Source of the DNA: Deinococcus sp. | Lineage (GTDB): Bacteria; Deinococcota; Deinococci; Deinococcales; Deinococcaceae | Assembly (NCBI GenBank): GCA_965261005.1 | Contig: OZ253375.1 | Location: 2,144,001 to 2,208,000 of the forward strand | Reading direction: 5' to 3' | Length of the DNA stretch: 64,000 bases | In this document: positions 63,230-64,000 of the stretch, one piece after another | Layout of the letters: each line of letters begins with the position of its first letter | Numbering within the stretch: position 1 is the first letter of the stretch | The notes under the pieces: model-generated | What the model saw: only the letters and a program-made list of their open reading frames with translations | The model's database searches: none | Told to the model about the DNA's origin: nothing | Position numbers and translations under genes: made by a program

Positions 63230-64000
63230 TCACTCCGGCGCCCCTTCCCACGGCCCGCGCGCCGCCTCGAAGCCGGCCGCCAGCGAAAGCAGCTTTGCCT
63301 CCGACCACGCCGGCCCCATGAAGGTCAGGCCCAGCGGTTCTCCATCTACCGCGCCCACCGGCACGCACACGCTGGGATAGCCGGCCTTGGCGCCGACGTG
63401 GGCGGCCCGGTTGCCAGGGGTCAGCCAGGCGTCCAGCCCACGCCCGAACAAGACGTCCAGCCCCTCGTCGCGGGCGAGGCGCAAATCGCGTTCCCGCGCC
63501 CGCGTGTAGGCCGCCTCGGTCAGCTCGCCGGAGGTGGCCTCGGCGGCCAGCAGCAGCACTTGGCCGTAGGGAACGCGCCCCGGGTCGGCCTCGTTCTGGG
63601 AGATCACCTCGCGCAGGGTGGTCGGGCCGTTCTTCACGTTCGCCAGGTAGCGGTTGAGGTCCCGCTTGAACTCGTAGACCAGCACCTCCAACCCGTCCTG
63701 TTCCAACTCGCCCAGCGTGGGGAGGTCCGCGTCCACGATCTCGGCGCCGGCTTCTCGCAGCGAGTCCAGCGCCCCTTCAAAGGCGGCCTGGCGCGGCGCG
63801 CTGAGGCCGGCAACGACGGCGCGGCCCACGCCCAGCCGCGCGCCGCGCAGGGCGTCCGGCGTCATGCTTTCCAGCGGCGGGGCGTTCAGGGTCGCCGCGT
63901 TGTCCGCGTCCTCGCCGACCATTGCTGAGAGCAGCAGCCAAGCGTCGCGCGCCGTGCGGGTGATCGGCCCGGCGGTGTCCTGGCTGCTGGAAATCGGGAT
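63230..64000 (-). CDS. Amidase-signature family enzyme, 3' part (start outside the window)
   Basis: IPISSSQDTAGPITRT..DA, YEFKRDLNRYL, AGYPSVCVP, PLGLTFMG..WSEAKLLSLA. Confidence 0.88.
   Translation of the reverse strand: MPISSSQDTAGPITRTARDAWLLLSAMVGEDADNAATLNAPPLESMTPDALRGARLGVGRAVVAGLSAPRQAAFEGALDSLREAGAEIVDADLPTLGELEQDGLEVLVYEFKRDLNRYLANVKNGPTTLREVISQNEADPGRVPYGQVLLLAAEATSGELTEAAYTRARERDLRLARDEGLDVLFGRGLDAWLTPGNRAAHVGAKAGYPSVCVPVGAVDGEPLGLTFMGPAWSEAKLLSLAAGFEAARGPWEGAPE

Noticed and set aside
63230..64000. Amidase as gatA
   Set aside because: C-terminal motifs fit a general amidase; GatA-specific motifs not seen in the visible part

Overview
High-GC (roughly 70%) bacterial chromosome segment whose gene set, IS types, small repeats and many apparently leaderless genes point to Deinococcaceae (inference). 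The backbone is housekeeping: purK/purE, lepA, pfkA, rsmI, rlmH, gatB, fba, slyD, der, ruvX, cmk, rpsO, tRNA-Leu(GAG) and uvsE, plus regulators, c-di-GMP enzymes, GNATs and secreted proteases. Three accessory patches interrupt it. (1) An intact IS4-family element (16-bp IRs, 9-bp target duplication) splits an AT-rich secreted-protein gene (4.2-5.9 kb). (2) A HigBA toxin-antitoxin pair sits between two directly repeated IS6 remnants (24.1-25.7 kb). (3) A ~4.9-kb island (35.06-39.99 kb) is bounded by IS5/ISL2-type ends and carries a regulator, a lipoprotein and a secreted trinuclear-zinc phospholipase C/P1-nuclease-fold enzyme with an uncharacterised C-terminal domain; this is the best candidate for an undescribed system. 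Other signals: two copies of a ~131-bp structured repeat with a compensatory base-pair change, a 62-bp mini-element made of two IS ends, coupled leader ORFs before der and pfkA, and a diguanylate cyclase with a nitrate-sensor-like motif. No CRISPR array, rRNA, prophage or reverse transcriptase was seen. All family assignments come from motif recognition by eye; no database searches were run.
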